A stretch of DNA of 64,000 bases from Octopus sinensis (lineage: Eukaryota). Shown one piece after another: positions 1 to 13,188 of this stretch (position 1 is its first letter; the number at the start of each line of letters is the position of its first letter). The notes under the pieces are model-generated. The model was given only the letters and a program-made list of their open reading frames with translations, made no database searches and had not been told where the DNA came from. The stretch spans positions 2,775-66,774 of the forward strand of contig NW_021833885.1 of the NCBI RefSeq assembly GCF_006345805.1, in the 5' to 3' direction. A program made the position numbers and the translations under genes.

Positions 1-111
1 GACACTCACGAGATATAATGAGGCAAAGGTTAAGTGATTCAACCGCTAGAACCTGAAGACGATACACACAACACACACAACACACACACACACACACACA
101 GCCACACACAT

Positions 112-164
<53 letters not shown>

Positions 165-514
165 TGTCTTGATATTTGATGTTTTCTCTGCTGGAAAAAG
201 TCACGTTATAACAGGAATCGTAAATGGTGACAGAATGATTCAAAGTGTATTCTTTGCTTTTAATCTCAATTAGTAGGCTTTGATCTTTGTTGTCTACGAT
301 GAGCTGGCTCATAACCTGCTGTGATGAAGTTGAAGCAAAGGACATTTTCATGTCTTTATTTAGTTGTATGTAAAACGCCGTGTCGAGAAAAATACTAAGT
401 GGTCATTTTTATATATGTATGTATATTTATACACACACACACACACACAACACACACACACACACACACACATATATAAATACATATGTGTGTGTGTGTG
501 TGTGTGTGCATAAG

Positions 515-815
515 TAACTGGTATTTAATTTATCGACCCCGAAAGGATGAAAGGCAAAGTCGACCTCGGCGGAATTTGAACTCAGAACAAATAGACAGAC
601 GAAATACCTATTTCTTTACTACCCACAAGGGGCTAAACACAGAGGAAACAAACAAGGACAGACAGACGGATTAAGTCGATTATATCGATCCCAGTGCGTA
701 ACTGGTACTTAATTTATCGACGCCGAAACGATGAAAGACAAAGTCAACCTCGGCGGAATTTGAACTCAGAACGTAACGGCAGACGAAATACGGCTACGCA
801 TTTCGCCCGGCGCGC
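515..815 (-). mobile_element. SINE family B (tRNA-like head + Meta-like central domain), partial tandem dimer
   Basis: Reverse complement of the GTTCAAATTCCGCCGAGGTCGACTTTGCCTTTCATCCTTTCGGGGTCGAT core occurs twice; junction GACGAAATACC|TATTTCTTT at ~600-617. Confidence 0.85.
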
Positions 816-821
816 TACTTA

Positions 822-1000
822 ATGGTATTTAGTCTGTCTTTACTTTCTGAGTTCAAATTCCGTTGAGGTCGACTTTGCCTTTCATCCTTTCGAGGTCGAT
901 AAATTAAGTACCATTTGCATACTGGAGTCGATCTAATCGACTGCCCCCCTCTCCTCCAAATTTTGGGCTTCTTGCCTAGAGTAGAAAAGATTATCTATTA
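822..1000 (+). mobile_element. SINE family B, short-tail variant, 5' truncated
   Basis: Core GAGTTCAAATTCCGTTGAGGTCGACTTTGCCTTTCATCC; head-to-head with the preceding minus copy. Confidence 0.8.
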
Positions 1001-1030
1001 TCTTCCTTTCAATAATAATAAAAATTGTTA

Positions 1031-1346
1031 AGGCGCGTGGCTTAATAGTTAAAGTATTTAGCTAACGATTGTGAGGTCGTGATTTCGAATCTCGGCAGCG
1101 CAGTGTACCTTGGACAAAACACTTGATTTCTCGTTGCTCCGGACACTCAGTTAGAAAACATGAGTAGGACCTGCATTTCAATGGACCAGTTTTGTCACAT
1201 TCTGAGTTACGCTGAATCTCCTTGAGAACTAAGTCAAGGTACGCGTGTCTGTGTAGTGCTCAGCCACTTGCACGTTAATTTCACGACCAGGCTGTTCCGT
1301 TGATCGGATCATCTGGAACCCTCGTCGTCGTAACTGACAGAGTGCT
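1031..1346 (+). mobile_element. Diverged SINE: tRNA-like head, V-domain-like segment and family C 3' tail
   Basis: Head GGCGCGTGGCTTAATAG...TTCGAATC; GTGTACCTTGGACAAAACACTT; tail GTGCTCAGCCACTTGCACGTTAATTTCACG...GTCGTCGTAACTGAC shared with 26137-26490. Confidence 0.7.
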
Positions 1347-1960
1347 ACTTATTGTTCTACAGATTGAGTTTCTGGGTACGAAAAAAAAAAGAAAAAAGAG
1401 AAAAGCGATTCAAAGAAGAAAAGGAACAACCTGTTAAATATTCATTAGATGACAAAGAAATATTGAATTATATTAATATTTAATAAGCAGAAAAACTATT
1501 TTATCTCAGGAGAGAAAATAAAATAAAAAACAAGAAAAGTTTTTTTCTCATGGACAACCTTGAAGAAAAAACATACACAATACAAGGGTTTAGACACAGA
1601 ACGGGGCACAATTGCACAGGTGCATTTTCTGCTTTAGACTGCAAAACGAGGATGTATTATTTTGTAAGCTTCTATTGTGAGTAACAAGCCTTAAATATGA
1701 TTAGTAATTTCTAAGAATTATATAACAATAACGAGGGAAAGACTGTTGAGAGGTGTAGAGAGGATATAAATATCGAGTGACTAAAAGTGCCTCAGGTAAA
1801 AAATTTAGCGGTCTTTAAAAAGAAAAAAAAATTAACGGCCTTTTTTAAAAAACTATCTTGCGGGTTCTTTTGAAAAAAATTAACGGACTTTATGTAGCTG
1901 AACAGTAAAAAGTATGTTCTTATATATGCATACAGACACACACCTATATAAATACATGCA

Positions 1961-1998
<38 letters not shown>

Positions 1999-2139
1999 TA
2001 TAAATACATGTAAACACACACACATACATGTATGTATGTATACTGACCACCACCTATCATCGTCTGACACTGAAACCGACAAAACTTCGAAGTTACTCTC
2101 AATAGAATTATTACGTATCAGCCTGATTGCGTGGGAGTA

Positions 2140-2175
<36 letters not shown>

Positions 2176-3451
2176 GGGGTTAATTTGCAGGGTCATTAAA
2201 CCGTGTGATAGAATTTTTTGTGATATTCATTGCAATTCTTTGTGCTCTGAATTCAAATCTGACGGTGAACTTTGCTTTTATCCTTTCCGAACGAAGTAAA
2301 AGACAAATAAATAAAAAAATTTTTTAAATTGGATTGGCGGAATTATCCTTCCGCAAATATTCGTTGACCTGTTGGCAAATAGTACACTTTGCTTTGTATA
2401 TAAATACATTTCGTTTGCATTTAAAGCGTATGTTTATTAATATATTTTGTTTTATATAATAAATATCTCGATCATATTTGCCATGTATAAATATATTTGA
2501 AAATAGATTTCATCGTTAATAAATTCGTACTGAAATAACAATTTAAATTGTCAGAAAGTAAAATAAACTAATGTTTCCAAATGCAACGGAAAATATATAC
2601 TTACACACTTCAAATATAAACGAAACATTTTATGGCAAAAGAAAAAAAATGTTCTGCGGTCGTAAATACTCTAATTTCATTTAGTTTCTTAAAATAAAAA
2701 GAAAATACCGACGTTTTACGTTAAAAAAATTACAGATTCAGAATCCGTAATGTTCCAAGTGTTTTTTAAAGGCAACATGAAAATGTTAGGGATGTTTAAA
2801 TGTCCAATTTTTATTTTGCTTTCACATTTTATGATCAGCTTTCAATCTTGAATGTTACACTTGTTTTATGCTCAAAACGTATCATGGAGTTGTAACCGTT
2901 AAAATGTTTCATTTCAGCCAAATCAGACAGGGAATGATGTTGGCAATGCAGGCGTAATGTGAAATCAAGTTAAGGATATCCCCGAGGGTAATTTGAAATC
3001 GACTTCAAATTAACGAGAGGTAACTTGAAATGAGGTTGGGTTGAGAATAGCTTGAAATCATTACACCGGTATAGCAGCAATCCACTTACTAAACGAAAAA
3101 ACAAGAGAATAAAAGAACACACGCATGCATATATCGTAATGTAAGAGCTGTAAAATATACTTCTAATATATTTTACGTTGTGCAAACATTAGCTAATAAA
3201 GAACTTAATACGCTGAGTAGAGTCGATAGGCATGGTTTTTTACGTAACAGCTGTGAACAGCCCAGCCCGGAGAAAACTCTGAGTCAGCAGTCAACATTTG
3301 CTATAACAAGGGCACACATTCACACATACACAGTTCGAATGACAATAATTTTACTGCAACCACCAAAATATTACAATTGTTTGCATACAATAATGTTGCT
3401 GGAACAGGAATAATACTTCAATCTATACATTTATATGAATACATATATAAC

Positions 3452-3510
<59 letters not shown>

Positions 3511-3998
3511 TATATAATTCATATGTCAATATTTCTGCAGCACCGCCGAATATAATAGTTTGCTTGCAATAATATTACTGAAACATATAGAATCCTGAGA
3601 GCTCGTTCAAACTTATAAATTTTCTGGGTTTTTATTTTCATTTCTCTCTATAAGTGCCTCGTATTTACAATGTCGAGCTTTATTAACAATAGATTTTATA
3701 GGGTTAACGCATATAGTAGTGTTTCCCACATTGCTATAAAACTGCGTATATTCTATTTTCTGTCTATTTTCAAATCCTGTCGTTTCATACAGGAACAATA
3801 ACACCAGTTGCAATGGCTTGCCATATTTGTATTGAAGAGAACAACAGCCAATACGCAATAAAACTTGTTATTGTGTAGATGCATTTATGCATGCTTTTGT
3901 TGACGTAGCCTCAGCTCAGCTCTGATCGAACAGACCAATGAGTAACATGAAGGTAACTGCCCGAACAGGTAGGGAAGACTCGCATATCTATTGTTTTT

Positions 3999-4406
3999 GG
4001 TGCAGGCATGGCTGTGTGGTTAAGGCGCTCAATGTGCAACCACGGAGTTTCGGGTTCAGTCCCACTAAGCGGTACCTTGTGTAAGTGGCGAGCTGGCAGA
4101 ATCGTTAGCACGTCGGGCGAAATGCTCAGCAGTATTTTGTCTGTTCTGAGTTCAAAGTCCGCCGAGGTTGACTTTGCCTTTCATCCTTTCGGGGTCGATT
4201 AAATAAGTACCAGTTACGCACTGGGGTTGATATGATCGACTTAATCCGTTTGTCTGTCCTTGTTTGTCCCTTCTGTGTTTGGCCCCTTGTGAGTAGTAAA
4301 GAAATAGGTACCTTGTGTCAGTGTGTTTTCCTATATCCCTTGGGCCGACTAATGACTTGTGAATGAATTTAGTAGACGGGAACTGTTTGGAAGTCCGTCG
4401 TATATG
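3999..4406 (+). mobile_element. SINE family A (old copy) interrupted by a family B SINE
   Basis: Head GGCTGTGTGGTTAAG...GGGTTCAGTCCCACT, resumes after 4318 with GGGCCGAC...GTAGACGG. Confidence 0.75.
4083..4306 (+). mobile_element. SINE family B, full length, 12-bp TSD
   Basis: TSD GGTACCTTGTGT at 4071-4082 and 4307-4318. Confidence 0.9.
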
Positions 4407-4411
4407 CTGAC

Positions 4412-5140
4412 ACGAGCGCCTGCTCTTCCGCTTTTTGTGCAAGAGACGCGTTCCAGTGGTCAGGCGTTCCATTTGTTGTCACCACTTTGAGTGGAGGACT
4501 AGGTGTGCCGTGGCTGAAGATGCTCAAGGATACACTGAAGCTGCAGCTTCCCCAATGTTTCGTAGATAGTGAGCTTAGTATCGTCGCCGTTTGTCAGATT
4601 CGCTTTTTCACAGTTTGTCTTTTTGACAGAAAAGCAGTCCAGAATCAAGCGTAGACCGAAGCAGGGTTACCTGGAACCTTCTGTGTCGTCACAGTAGGTT
4701 CCAGGAAAGAACAGCGACGCTTTCGGGATGACTTTGGGCGTCGACAAGAATCATCAAAGAAGCTAGTCTTTTCTGGAAAACTTCCGGGTTGAGGCCCATG
4801 TATAATTTCCAGAAATCTCGAGCCTCTCAGTGCTACCAAGGATTATCGCCAGTTTGAGATAAACTCTGCTGGTATTGAAATTCAGCCAGTCGGGTCTTCC
4901 CGAGATGCGCAGAGAGCGACGAAACTGTTCTGCACGCACTAGTATAGTGCCTAAATATTGCTGACTTGTGGAGTTATACCTGATCTCGCGCGTAGGACGA
5001 ATCTAGCTATTAGCTGAGTCTCTTGTAAAGATCGTTCTGCCATCTTCCCACAGACGGAAAGAACAGGTAACCTTTATCTGTTTGGTGGTTTAAGCAAAAG
5101 AGGTTGTGCAGTGACCAAAACCTCATCGTTTTTGTTGTGC
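4412..5140 (+). mobile_element. Decayed Tx1/L1-clade LINE, ORF2 C-terminal region
   Basis: Broken translation gives ERLLFRFL..RVPVVRRSICC / GGLGVPWLKM and zinc-knuckle-like PRCAESDETVLHALV*CLNIADLWSY (~4900-4980); stops and frameshifts. Confidence 0.7.
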
Positions 5141-5152
5141 GTTTTAAACTTT

Positions 5153-5800
5153 TATTTAGTTAGTTAGTTAAGTTAGTTAATTTTTGGCTCAAAAAGCAAA
5201 AAGCAAGGCCATGTAGGGGGACATGGAGTTATGTAAAGGGTGGTGTTCATGTAAAGAGTTCAGGCCACTTGAGGTCAAGGGAGACTTTGAACCGAGCGGT
5301 CGTCGGCATCTTCACTATCTCGTCCGGCAGCTTATTCCACGGATCCGCGACCCGAACGGAGAAAGCCCCTCTCTTTCAATTGAGATGAAATCGTCGCAGA
5401 TAGAGCTTTTCGGAGTGACTCCGCAGCCGACGCTCTGGAGCAGGAGTGAAGAACAGCTCTTCCGAGAGGTTACACTTTCCACTTATGATGTTGTGAGCAA
5501 GAATGAGATCACCACGGCGTCGTCGTTTTTCTAGAGAATAAAGGTCGAGCATCTTCAGCCTTTCTTCATAAGACAAATGCTTGAGACCAAGAACCATGTG
5601 GGTAGCCAGCTTCTTTAAAAAAATAGTGAGGCTGGAGAGAGATGTGCTGCTTTCCAGCAAATTTGTTGAAAGGTGGATGAGAGTGGTAAAAATAATCCAA
5701 ACAGACGGACCTCCTCTGGGAACGCACCTGTAGATTGAGGTAGAAGGGTGACCGTGGTTTTGTGGCGTTTCCACAAGCAGTCTCCTATCTTTTGAGAAAT
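5153..5800 (-). mobile_element. CR1-clade LINE 3' end
   Basis: GLKHLSYEERLKMLDLYSLEKRRRRGDLI...AFSVRVADPWNKLPDEIV is the typical CR1/L2 RT C-terminus; (TAAC)n tail at ~5153-5180. Confidence 0.9.
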
Positions 5801-5936
5801 TCTCCTAGTTTGAACATTTTTGTTGTTATTTTCCCTGTTTACATGCCTTAATGTGACTCCAAGTCATATCATATTGTATTCTGTCGTCTTGCACTGTCTT
5901 CATTCTGTCTGTAAATCCTTAGTGATTAATAAATAA

Positions 5937-5998
5937 ATCATCATCATCATCATCATCATCATTATTATTATTATTATTATTACCATTATTATTATTAC

Positions 5999-6034
<36 letters not shown>

Positions 6035-6041
6035 CACCACC

Positions 6042-6072
<31 letters not shown>

Positions 6073-6073
6073 T

Positions 6074-6104
<31 letters not shown>

Positions 6105-6105
6105 G
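5937..6105. repeat. Compound trinucleotide microsatellite (ATC/ATT/ACT/ACC)
   Basis: Direct reading. Confidence 0.95.
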
Positions 6106-6107
6106 AG

Positions 6108-6330
6108 GCAACGACATGACGCAATCGTCAGCGTGCCGAGTGAAAAACGCTTAGCGTCATTTCTTCCGGTTCGTTACGCTCTGTGTTCAAATTGCCGCCA
6201 AGGTCGACCTTGCCTCTCATTATCCTTTCAAGATCGGTAAAACAAGAACTAGTTGAGCACTGGAGGTCGATACAAATGACTAAGCCACTACCTCCAAAAC
6301 TGCTGGTCTTGTGCCAAAATTTGAAACCAT
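6108..6330 (+). mobile_element. SINE family B, old diverged copy
   Basis: GTTCAAATTGCCGCCAAGGTCGACCTTGCCTCTCAT core. Confidence 0.65.
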
Positions 6331-6680
6331 TAATATTGTTTATTTATTTAAGTATTTTATTTATTTGCCGTTTCTACATTCTACGCGCTGATTAAAGGTG
6401 ATTTAGTCGATGCAAGCATACAATGAGTACTTATACGAACGGCACCATGTGGGATAAAAGTTAATGTCCAGTTAGTCCGAAATGTTAATATTCCCATATA
6501 TCTTAGTTTTAACCACTGACGCTATTTTTGTTTTACTCTATACGGCGGTATCGTAATACAAATATTTGTCTTCTAATACATGAATACAATGAACACTTTA
6601 TCTTTCTGCTTGGACTGTTATCATATATCCAATAAATCTCTCGCTTCCTCTCCACCTCTCTTTTCTCTCTCTCTCTCAGT

Positions 6681-6731
<51 letters not shown>

Positions 6732-7457
6732 GTGTGTGTGTACACACACAAACACACATACACATATATATGATACAGACAGTTGTTGCACATGCAAATC
6801 TATTTATACACGCAGCATACCCGCATATACATGCACATACTCAATTCAAAAAGCGAGAGTAAGGGAGACATTGTGTATAAAAGCGATCAACAGAGTTAAG
6901 GAAGGCGTCAATCAAACAAACCCATGCACAACCCGTTGGTTGAAGCCTGGTTGCGGTAGTGGGGAATGGGAGAGTAGTAGATCCATGGGCCTTTTAACGT
7001 CATATTCGTGTTTAAACATGATACGAACGAAGCCTACGAAGCTACTAATATAAACTCAAGCGGCAACATTACGCTAGCTAACATTCTCACCCGCTCATGT
7101 AATTCGTTTTATCTCCTATCAAGCTACGTTTATATATTTTATCATTTTCCCCATTTCTCTCACAGTTTCTGTCAGGTTCTCTTTAATGTGCATTTATCTT
7201 TTAGCTCCAAGCCTGCTTCTAAGCAATCTAATTCGAAGAGCTACGCCTTAGGAAAGGTCAACATGACAATGATGTTTGCAATATGCAGCGCCTCAAAACG
7301 ATGGCGAATTTCATCATTTTTACCATTTCACCTTAACACTTTTAACATATAATACAGTAACCTTGAACATCTATTATCTCGTTCTTGAGAAGGGCATGGC
7401 TATCTCAACATCTCCACATCACCTTTCTAAATACCAATTTACTTATTTGATGCATCC

Positions 7458-8120
7458 AAGGTGGCGAGCTGACAGAAACGTTAGTACGCCGGGCGAGATG
7501 CTTAGCGGTATTTCGTCTGTCGTTACGTTGTGAGTTCAAATTACGCCGAGGTCGACTTTGCCTTTCATCGTTTCGGGGTCGGTTAAATAAGTACCAGTTA
7601 CTTACTGGGGTCGATATAATCGACTTAATCCCTTTGTCTGTCCTTGTTTGTCCCCTCTGTGTTTAGCCCCTTGTGGGTAGTAACGAAATAAGAATCGTTA
7701 GTACGCCAGGCATTTTGCTTATGCTTAGCGGTATTTCGTCTGTCTTTATGTTCTGAGTTCAAATTCCGCCGAAGTCGACTTTGCCTTTCATCCTTTTGGG
7801 GTCGATAAAATAAGTACCAGTTGATCACTGGTGTTGATGTAATCGAATTAACCAATACCACCCCTCCATGAAACCAGTATTTGTTGCATCCAAGATTGTG
7901 ATGCATCAAGGTGGTGACTGGTTCGTTAGTATTTCGGGCAAAATGCTTTGCAACATTTTGTCTGTCTTTACGCTCTGAGTTCAAATTCCGCAGAGGTCGA
8001 CTTTGCCTTTCATCCTTTTGGGGGTTGATTAAATAAGTACCAGTTGAGTGCTAGAGTCGATGTAATCAACTTGTCTCCTCCCCAACATTTCTGACCTTAT
8101 AACCAAAACTTGAAACCAAT
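7458..8120 (+). mobile_element. Three tandem family B SINEs
   Basis: Core repeated at ~7535, ~7755 and ~7980. Confidence 0.85.
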
Positions 8121-8164
8121 ATTCGTTGCATCCCTGACTGTATAACAGTTTATATGTCATGTCA

Positions 8165-8415
8165 TGCTACAAGAGCAGAGATTGAAGTTTGCTGGCCGCT
8201 GCTGGAGAAGTAAAGAAGAAATTGTAAGTAATGTGTTACTGTGAACACAAAATCATGGTACCATAGCGGCTGAAAGACCACGGAAGACGTATACACAACA
8301 GCTTGCAGAAGACATTGGATGCCAAGTTGAAGACCTAAAAACACTAATGGAAGATTAGGAGGGATGAAAAGAGGTAGCCAGGCTGGCCCGGGCAATCAGC
8401 CTGACTGGATGATGC
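8165..8415 (+). mobile_element. RTE-clade LINE 3' end
   Basis: Translation RLKFAGRCWRSKEEIVSNVLL*TQNHG...RPRKTYTQQLAEDIGCQVEDLKTLMED resembles the RTE RT C-terminus. Confidence 0.75.
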
Positions 8416-8464
8416 TGTGATATTTAAAAAAAATTATAAACTATGGATATTTCAGTGTAAATAT

Positions 8465-9030
8465 TTGTTCCTAACAAAACACAAGGCCTGAAATTTGACC
8501 GCGAGCTTAGGGAATTTTAGTGCCCTCTCCCCAGTACATGACTGGTACTGCATTTTATTGATCCTGCGATACGACAAGGTATTTTATTGGCGATCTACTG
8601 ATTCGACCATCCCGTTAATTAGATTTCTTATACTGGTACAAGGCTAAGGATTTTATGGGGATGAAGTAGTTGATTACACGAGACTCATTACTGACTGGTT
8701 CGTTATTGACTGGAACTTATTTTATTGACCTTGAGGAAATGAAAGGCAAAAATTAACCTCAATACGATTTGAACTCAGAGTTTATAAGGACCGTAATTAA
8801 ATATACTATGATTCTGGTAATGAACATTCCTCTAATTCGGTTACTCTATAACAGAAATTATAATGACGATTTCGAAAACTAGCACGAGACTACAAATATT
8901 GGCAGGTGAGGGTGTAATTGATAAAACCGAACTTCACTGTTTGATTCGCACTTTAATTTATCGATTCTGGAAAGATAATCAGTGAAATTCCCCTAAGCGT
9001 TAATTAAACTCATAACGTAACATAGACGTG
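8465..9030 (-). mobile_element. Cluster of old diverged family B-like SINE fragments
   Basis: Degenerate ACTGGTACT..TTTTATTGA...ATGAAAGGCAAA...TTTGAACTCAGA motifs. Confidence 0.55.
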
Positions 9031-9285
9031 AAAAGATGTTTATCTTACTTTGGGCTTCCAACTCCTGATGAAATCGTTCGGACGCTGTCGTAACAAGTGA
9101 TGTGCCTCAGGCATTTTTAGACCTGGTGATATCTTATATGTTATATCGTGTTTTAACAACATAGATAACGAGATAAATACGAAGTAACTTCACGTGTTGT
9201 TAATTATTCAGGTGTCCTCTAGTGGAATAGGGAGTCTCACTGATCATTTCATTAAAATATGATTGGTTAAATAAAGGGGGGGGGA

Positions 9286-9582
9286 GAAGCACTCCGTCGG
9301 TTACGACGATGAGGGTTCCGGTTGATCCGAATCAACGGAACAGTCTGCTCGTGAAATTAACGTGTAAGTGGCTGAGCACTCCACAGACACGTGTACCCTT
9401 AACGTAGTTCTCGGGGATATTCAGCATGACACAGAGAGTGACAAGGCCGGCCCTTTGAAATACAGGTACAACAGAAACAGGAAGTAAGAGTGAGAGAAAG
9501 TTGTGGTGAAAGAGTACAGCAGGGATCACCACAATCCCCTGCCGGAGCCTCGTGGAGCTTTAGGTATTTTCGCTCAATAAAC
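9286..9582 (-). mobile_element. SINE family C lacking tRNA head
   Basis: Near-identical to 25026-25320. Confidence 0.85.
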
Positions 9583-9654
9583 AGGTTAAATAAAAGAGTA
9601 AGTAACAAATAATAATTCTGAATCTACCAAATCAATTTTACTGTTAAGAAAACA

Positions 9655-9875
9655 ATAGCGCTGCTAATAGGTACAACACCCGAGATTTTCGGAGTGGGGT
9701 TGGGTATGGGTGGCTAGTCGATTGCATCGACATCAGTGCTCAAATGGTACTTATTTTACCGATTCCAAAAAAAAAAAATGAAAGGCAATGTCGACCTCGG
9801 TGGCATTTGAACTCAAAACGAAATGCCGCTAAGCATTATATCAGGCGTGCTAGCGAGTCTACCAGCTCGCCGCTT
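9655..9875 (-). mobile_element. SINE family B, diverged
   Basis: ATGAAAGGCAATGTCGACCTCGGTGGCATTTGAACTC core. Confidence 0.7.
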
Positions 9876-9907
9876 AAGCAACACTTCTCATAATTGATTG
9901 ATGATAA

Positions 9908-10420
9908 GGAGGTGAGCTGGCAAAATAGCTACTGTGTCGGCCAAAATGCTTAGCAGCATTTCGTCCGTTTTTACGTTCTAAGTTCAAATTCCGCCGAAGT
10001 CGACTTTGCCTTTCATCTAAAGTAAGTACCTATTTATTTATTACCCACAAGGGGCTAAACATAGAGGAGACAAACAAGGACAGACATAGGTATTAAGTCG
10101 ATTACATCGACCCCAGTGCGGAACTGGTAATTAATTTATCGACCCCAGTGCGGAACTGGTAATTAATTTATCGACCCAGTGCGGAACTGGTACATAATTT
10201 ATCGACCCCGAAAGGATGAAAGGCAAAGTCGACCTCGGCGGAATTTGAACTCTCAACGTAACGACAGACGAAATACCGCTAAGCATTTCATCCGGCGTGC
10301 TAACGTTTCTGCCAGCTCGCCGCCTTCGATCTGAAGTAAGTACCAGTTGAACATTGGGCCGATATAATCGACTTACACCCTTACCCGAACTTGCTGGGCT
10401 TGTACCGAAATTTGAACCAA
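9908..10420. mobile_element. Nested family B SINEs: plus-strand host interrupted by a minus-strand copy (10031-10328)
   Basis: TSD ATCT(A/G)AAGTAAGTACC at 10015-10030 and 10329-10344. Confidence 0.85.
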
Positions 10421-11174
10421 TATTAAATGACAACTAAAATCGTCCAAGAGAAAGGAAAAAAACTGAAGTGGAAACGTGATACAGTTGGTAAAACTGTCAA
10501 TCAGAAGAGTTCATTTCTGCCAGGAGTGAGGAGGTGTTGCTGTTATAATGGAATAGACCAACTTTCTGTTGAAAGGTGGGAGGGAGAAACTTGTGTGACA
10601 GCTTTAACATTTCCATACACAACAAACACACGTGTTCGGTCATAAAGTTGTCCTCCTCTTCTTAATGAGGCGTGAGACAAACAACTCTTCATTGTTTTAT
10701 TCTCTCATAATACACAGGTTACCACTCTCTCGTTTGCTTTCCTCTTCCTTGCCTTCTTTCCTTTGCTTTCCTTTCTTTCTTTCCTTCTATCTTTCCTTTT
10801 CTCTCATTCATTCATTCATTCACTCATTCAGTCTTTCTTTCTTTCTTTCCATTTCTAATTCCTGCTTTGACGGATTCAGCATTTACAAACACATACATAA
10901 ACGCCCCCACACCACGGACACACACACGCACACACAACACACACACACACACACATGCACCGCCCCCGTTTACACCACTCACCCACTCACAACCTCTCCT
11001 TTTTCTCTCCAAAGTCTCGATTTCCATATCTGTTTCTCTGCTGTTTCTCTCTCATTTTCTTTTTACACTGCCTCTTTTTCCATTTATATAATTACGCACA
11101 CGCATACACATACATGCTCACTACATATGAAAACTTTGCTTCAGTCTGGCTACCGTCGAGATGGCTAAAACCCG

Positions 11175-11492
11175 CATGGTTCTTGGTCTGAAGCATTTGT
11201 CTTAAGAAGAAAGGCTGAAGACACTCGACCTTTATTCTCTAGAAAAACGACGACGCCGATGGTGATCTCATTCTTGCTCACAACATCATAAGCGAAAAGT
11301 GTAACCTCTCGAAAGAGCTGTTCTTCACTCCTGCTCCAGAGCGTCGGCTGCGGGGTCACTCCGAAAAGCTCTATCTGCGACGATTTCATCTCAATCGAAA
11401 GAGAGGGGCTTTCTCCGTCTCGGTTACGGATCCGTGGAATAAGCTGCCGGACGAGATAGTGAAGATGCCGACGACCGCTCGGTTCAAAGTCT
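11175..11492 (+). mobile_element. CR1-clade LINE RT C-terminal fragment (second copy)
   Basis: Reverse complement of ~5282-5597, highly similar, with a stop and frameshift. Confidence 0.9.
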
Positions 11493-11632
11493 TCTTTCAG
11501 TTTCCGTCTACCAAATCCACTCACAAGGCATTGGTCGGCCCGGGGCTATAGCAGAAGACACTTGCCCAAGATGCCACGCAGTGGGACTGAACCCGGAACC
11601 ATGTGGTTGGTAAGCAAGCTACTTACCACACA

Positions 11633-11636
<4 letters not shown>
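11491..11636 (-). mobile_element. SINE family A 5' half fused to the CR1 fragment
   Basis: CTTCTTTCAGTTTCCGTCTACCAAATCC...CTTACCACACAGCC. Confidence 0.85.
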
Positions 11637-11728
<92 letters not shown>

Positions 11729-12199
11729 CACGCGGCCTTGTGGTTAGAGTGTTGCAGTCACGTGTTGGAAGAAATGCCGCTAAGCGTTTAGTCCGGTACG
11801 CTAGCTATTCTACCAACGCGCTCATTACTAGGAAGATAATAAATACTTATAATTGATGCTATTTTTGAACGACATTCAAATTCTTTCATACGAACGTTTC
11901 TATAAGCAAAGAAATCGAAGACTACACCTCCGTTGTCATGAGCTAATAAACCCTGAAAGTTTACTTGTTCGGTCAGAGAATAATGTTTGATCACACTGAA
12001 TATTTTTTACATTATCACCACATAACCCTACTGTGTTTATTTCTGACACTTGAAACCTTTGGAAACAATCAAATCGTTTTTATTACTAATATAAAGAGCC
12101 TTTCGTTCCTTTTATTGCAGATGTTTATTAAATGTTATTGACAGCGACACTAAAAGATCCTCTATGCAGTAACTCTAACCGCTAGAAATAGCCACAAAA

Positions 12200-13000
12200 T
12201 TTAGTTATGTGTTTCATAAACAATTATTGTCCTTCCAGTCTAGCTGTGTTACAAGTTATGACTGTCGTCTATCATATAGACCTATGTCACAAATCATAGT
12301 TGCCCTATCCAGTATAGTTACGTATCGCAAATTATAACAGCGCCGCTAGTTTACCTATGCATCACAAGTGGCTGCCACAAGTCATAACTGTTTTCTCCAG
12401 TCTAGCTGTGTGTCACAAGTGATAGATAGTTGTTCTCTACAGCGTCGTTATGTGTCATAGTTTACTCTTTTACTCTTTTATTTGTTTCAGTCATTTGACT
12501 GCGGCCATACTGGAGCACCACCTTTAATCGAGCAACTCGACCCCGGGACTTATTCTTTTGTAAACCCAGTACTTATTCTATCGGTCTCATTTGCCGAACC
12601 GCTAAGTAACGGGGACATAAACACACCAGCATCGGTCGTCAAGCAATGCTAGGGGGACAAACACAGACACACAAACACAACCACACGCATATATATATAT
12701 ACATATATACGACGGGCTTCTTTCAGTTTCCGTCTACCAAAATCCACTCACAAGGCTTTGGTCGGCTCGAGGCTATAGTAGAAGACACTTGCCCAAGATG
12801 CCACGCAGTGGGACTGAACCCGGAGCCATGTGGTTGGTAAGCAAGCTACTTACCACACAGCCACTCCTGCGCCTAGATAGCTGTTATAGATAGCTGTTTT
12901 CTCCTGTGTAACTGTGTGCCACAAATTACAGATAACCATTCTCTCCAACAGCTCTACAACCAGTTAACTGGTTTCTCCATTGTAGTGGTTATATATACAT
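12200..13000. repeat. Degenerate ~37-nt minisatellite interrupted by a family A SINE
   Basis: Recurrent TCCAGTCTAGCTGTG..CACAAGT motifs (12234, 12397) on both sides of the SINE. Confidence 0.5.
12461..12873 (-). mobile_element. SINE family A, full length
   Basis: tRNA-like head GGCGCAGGAGTGGCTGTGTGG, internal (TA)(TG) tract, (GAGTAAAA)n tail. Confidence 0.9.
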
Positions 13001-13188
13001 TGTACCCGTCTATGCAGCAATAATATCTCTCTTCCACTCCATTTTGGCCCACCACTACACACCAATAAACTTCCACTACATACAATTTCCTCCCTTGCTT
13101 ACATACCCTTAACCCTACCACTCCCTCTTTCTCAATTAGCCTATACCCTTTCTACATACCCATAACCCAATAGGCAGAAAATGTGGGG

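Noticed and set aside
3613-3858. 81-aa minus-strand ORF (similar cases 23288-23470 and 53050-53271)
   Set aside because: No recognisable motif; length expected by chance.
9062-9100. CTGATGA word
   Set aside because: No stem II or GAAA follows.
10106-10200. CRISPR-like 32-bp direct repeats
   Set aside because: No spacers, eukaryotic context, lies inside a SINE.
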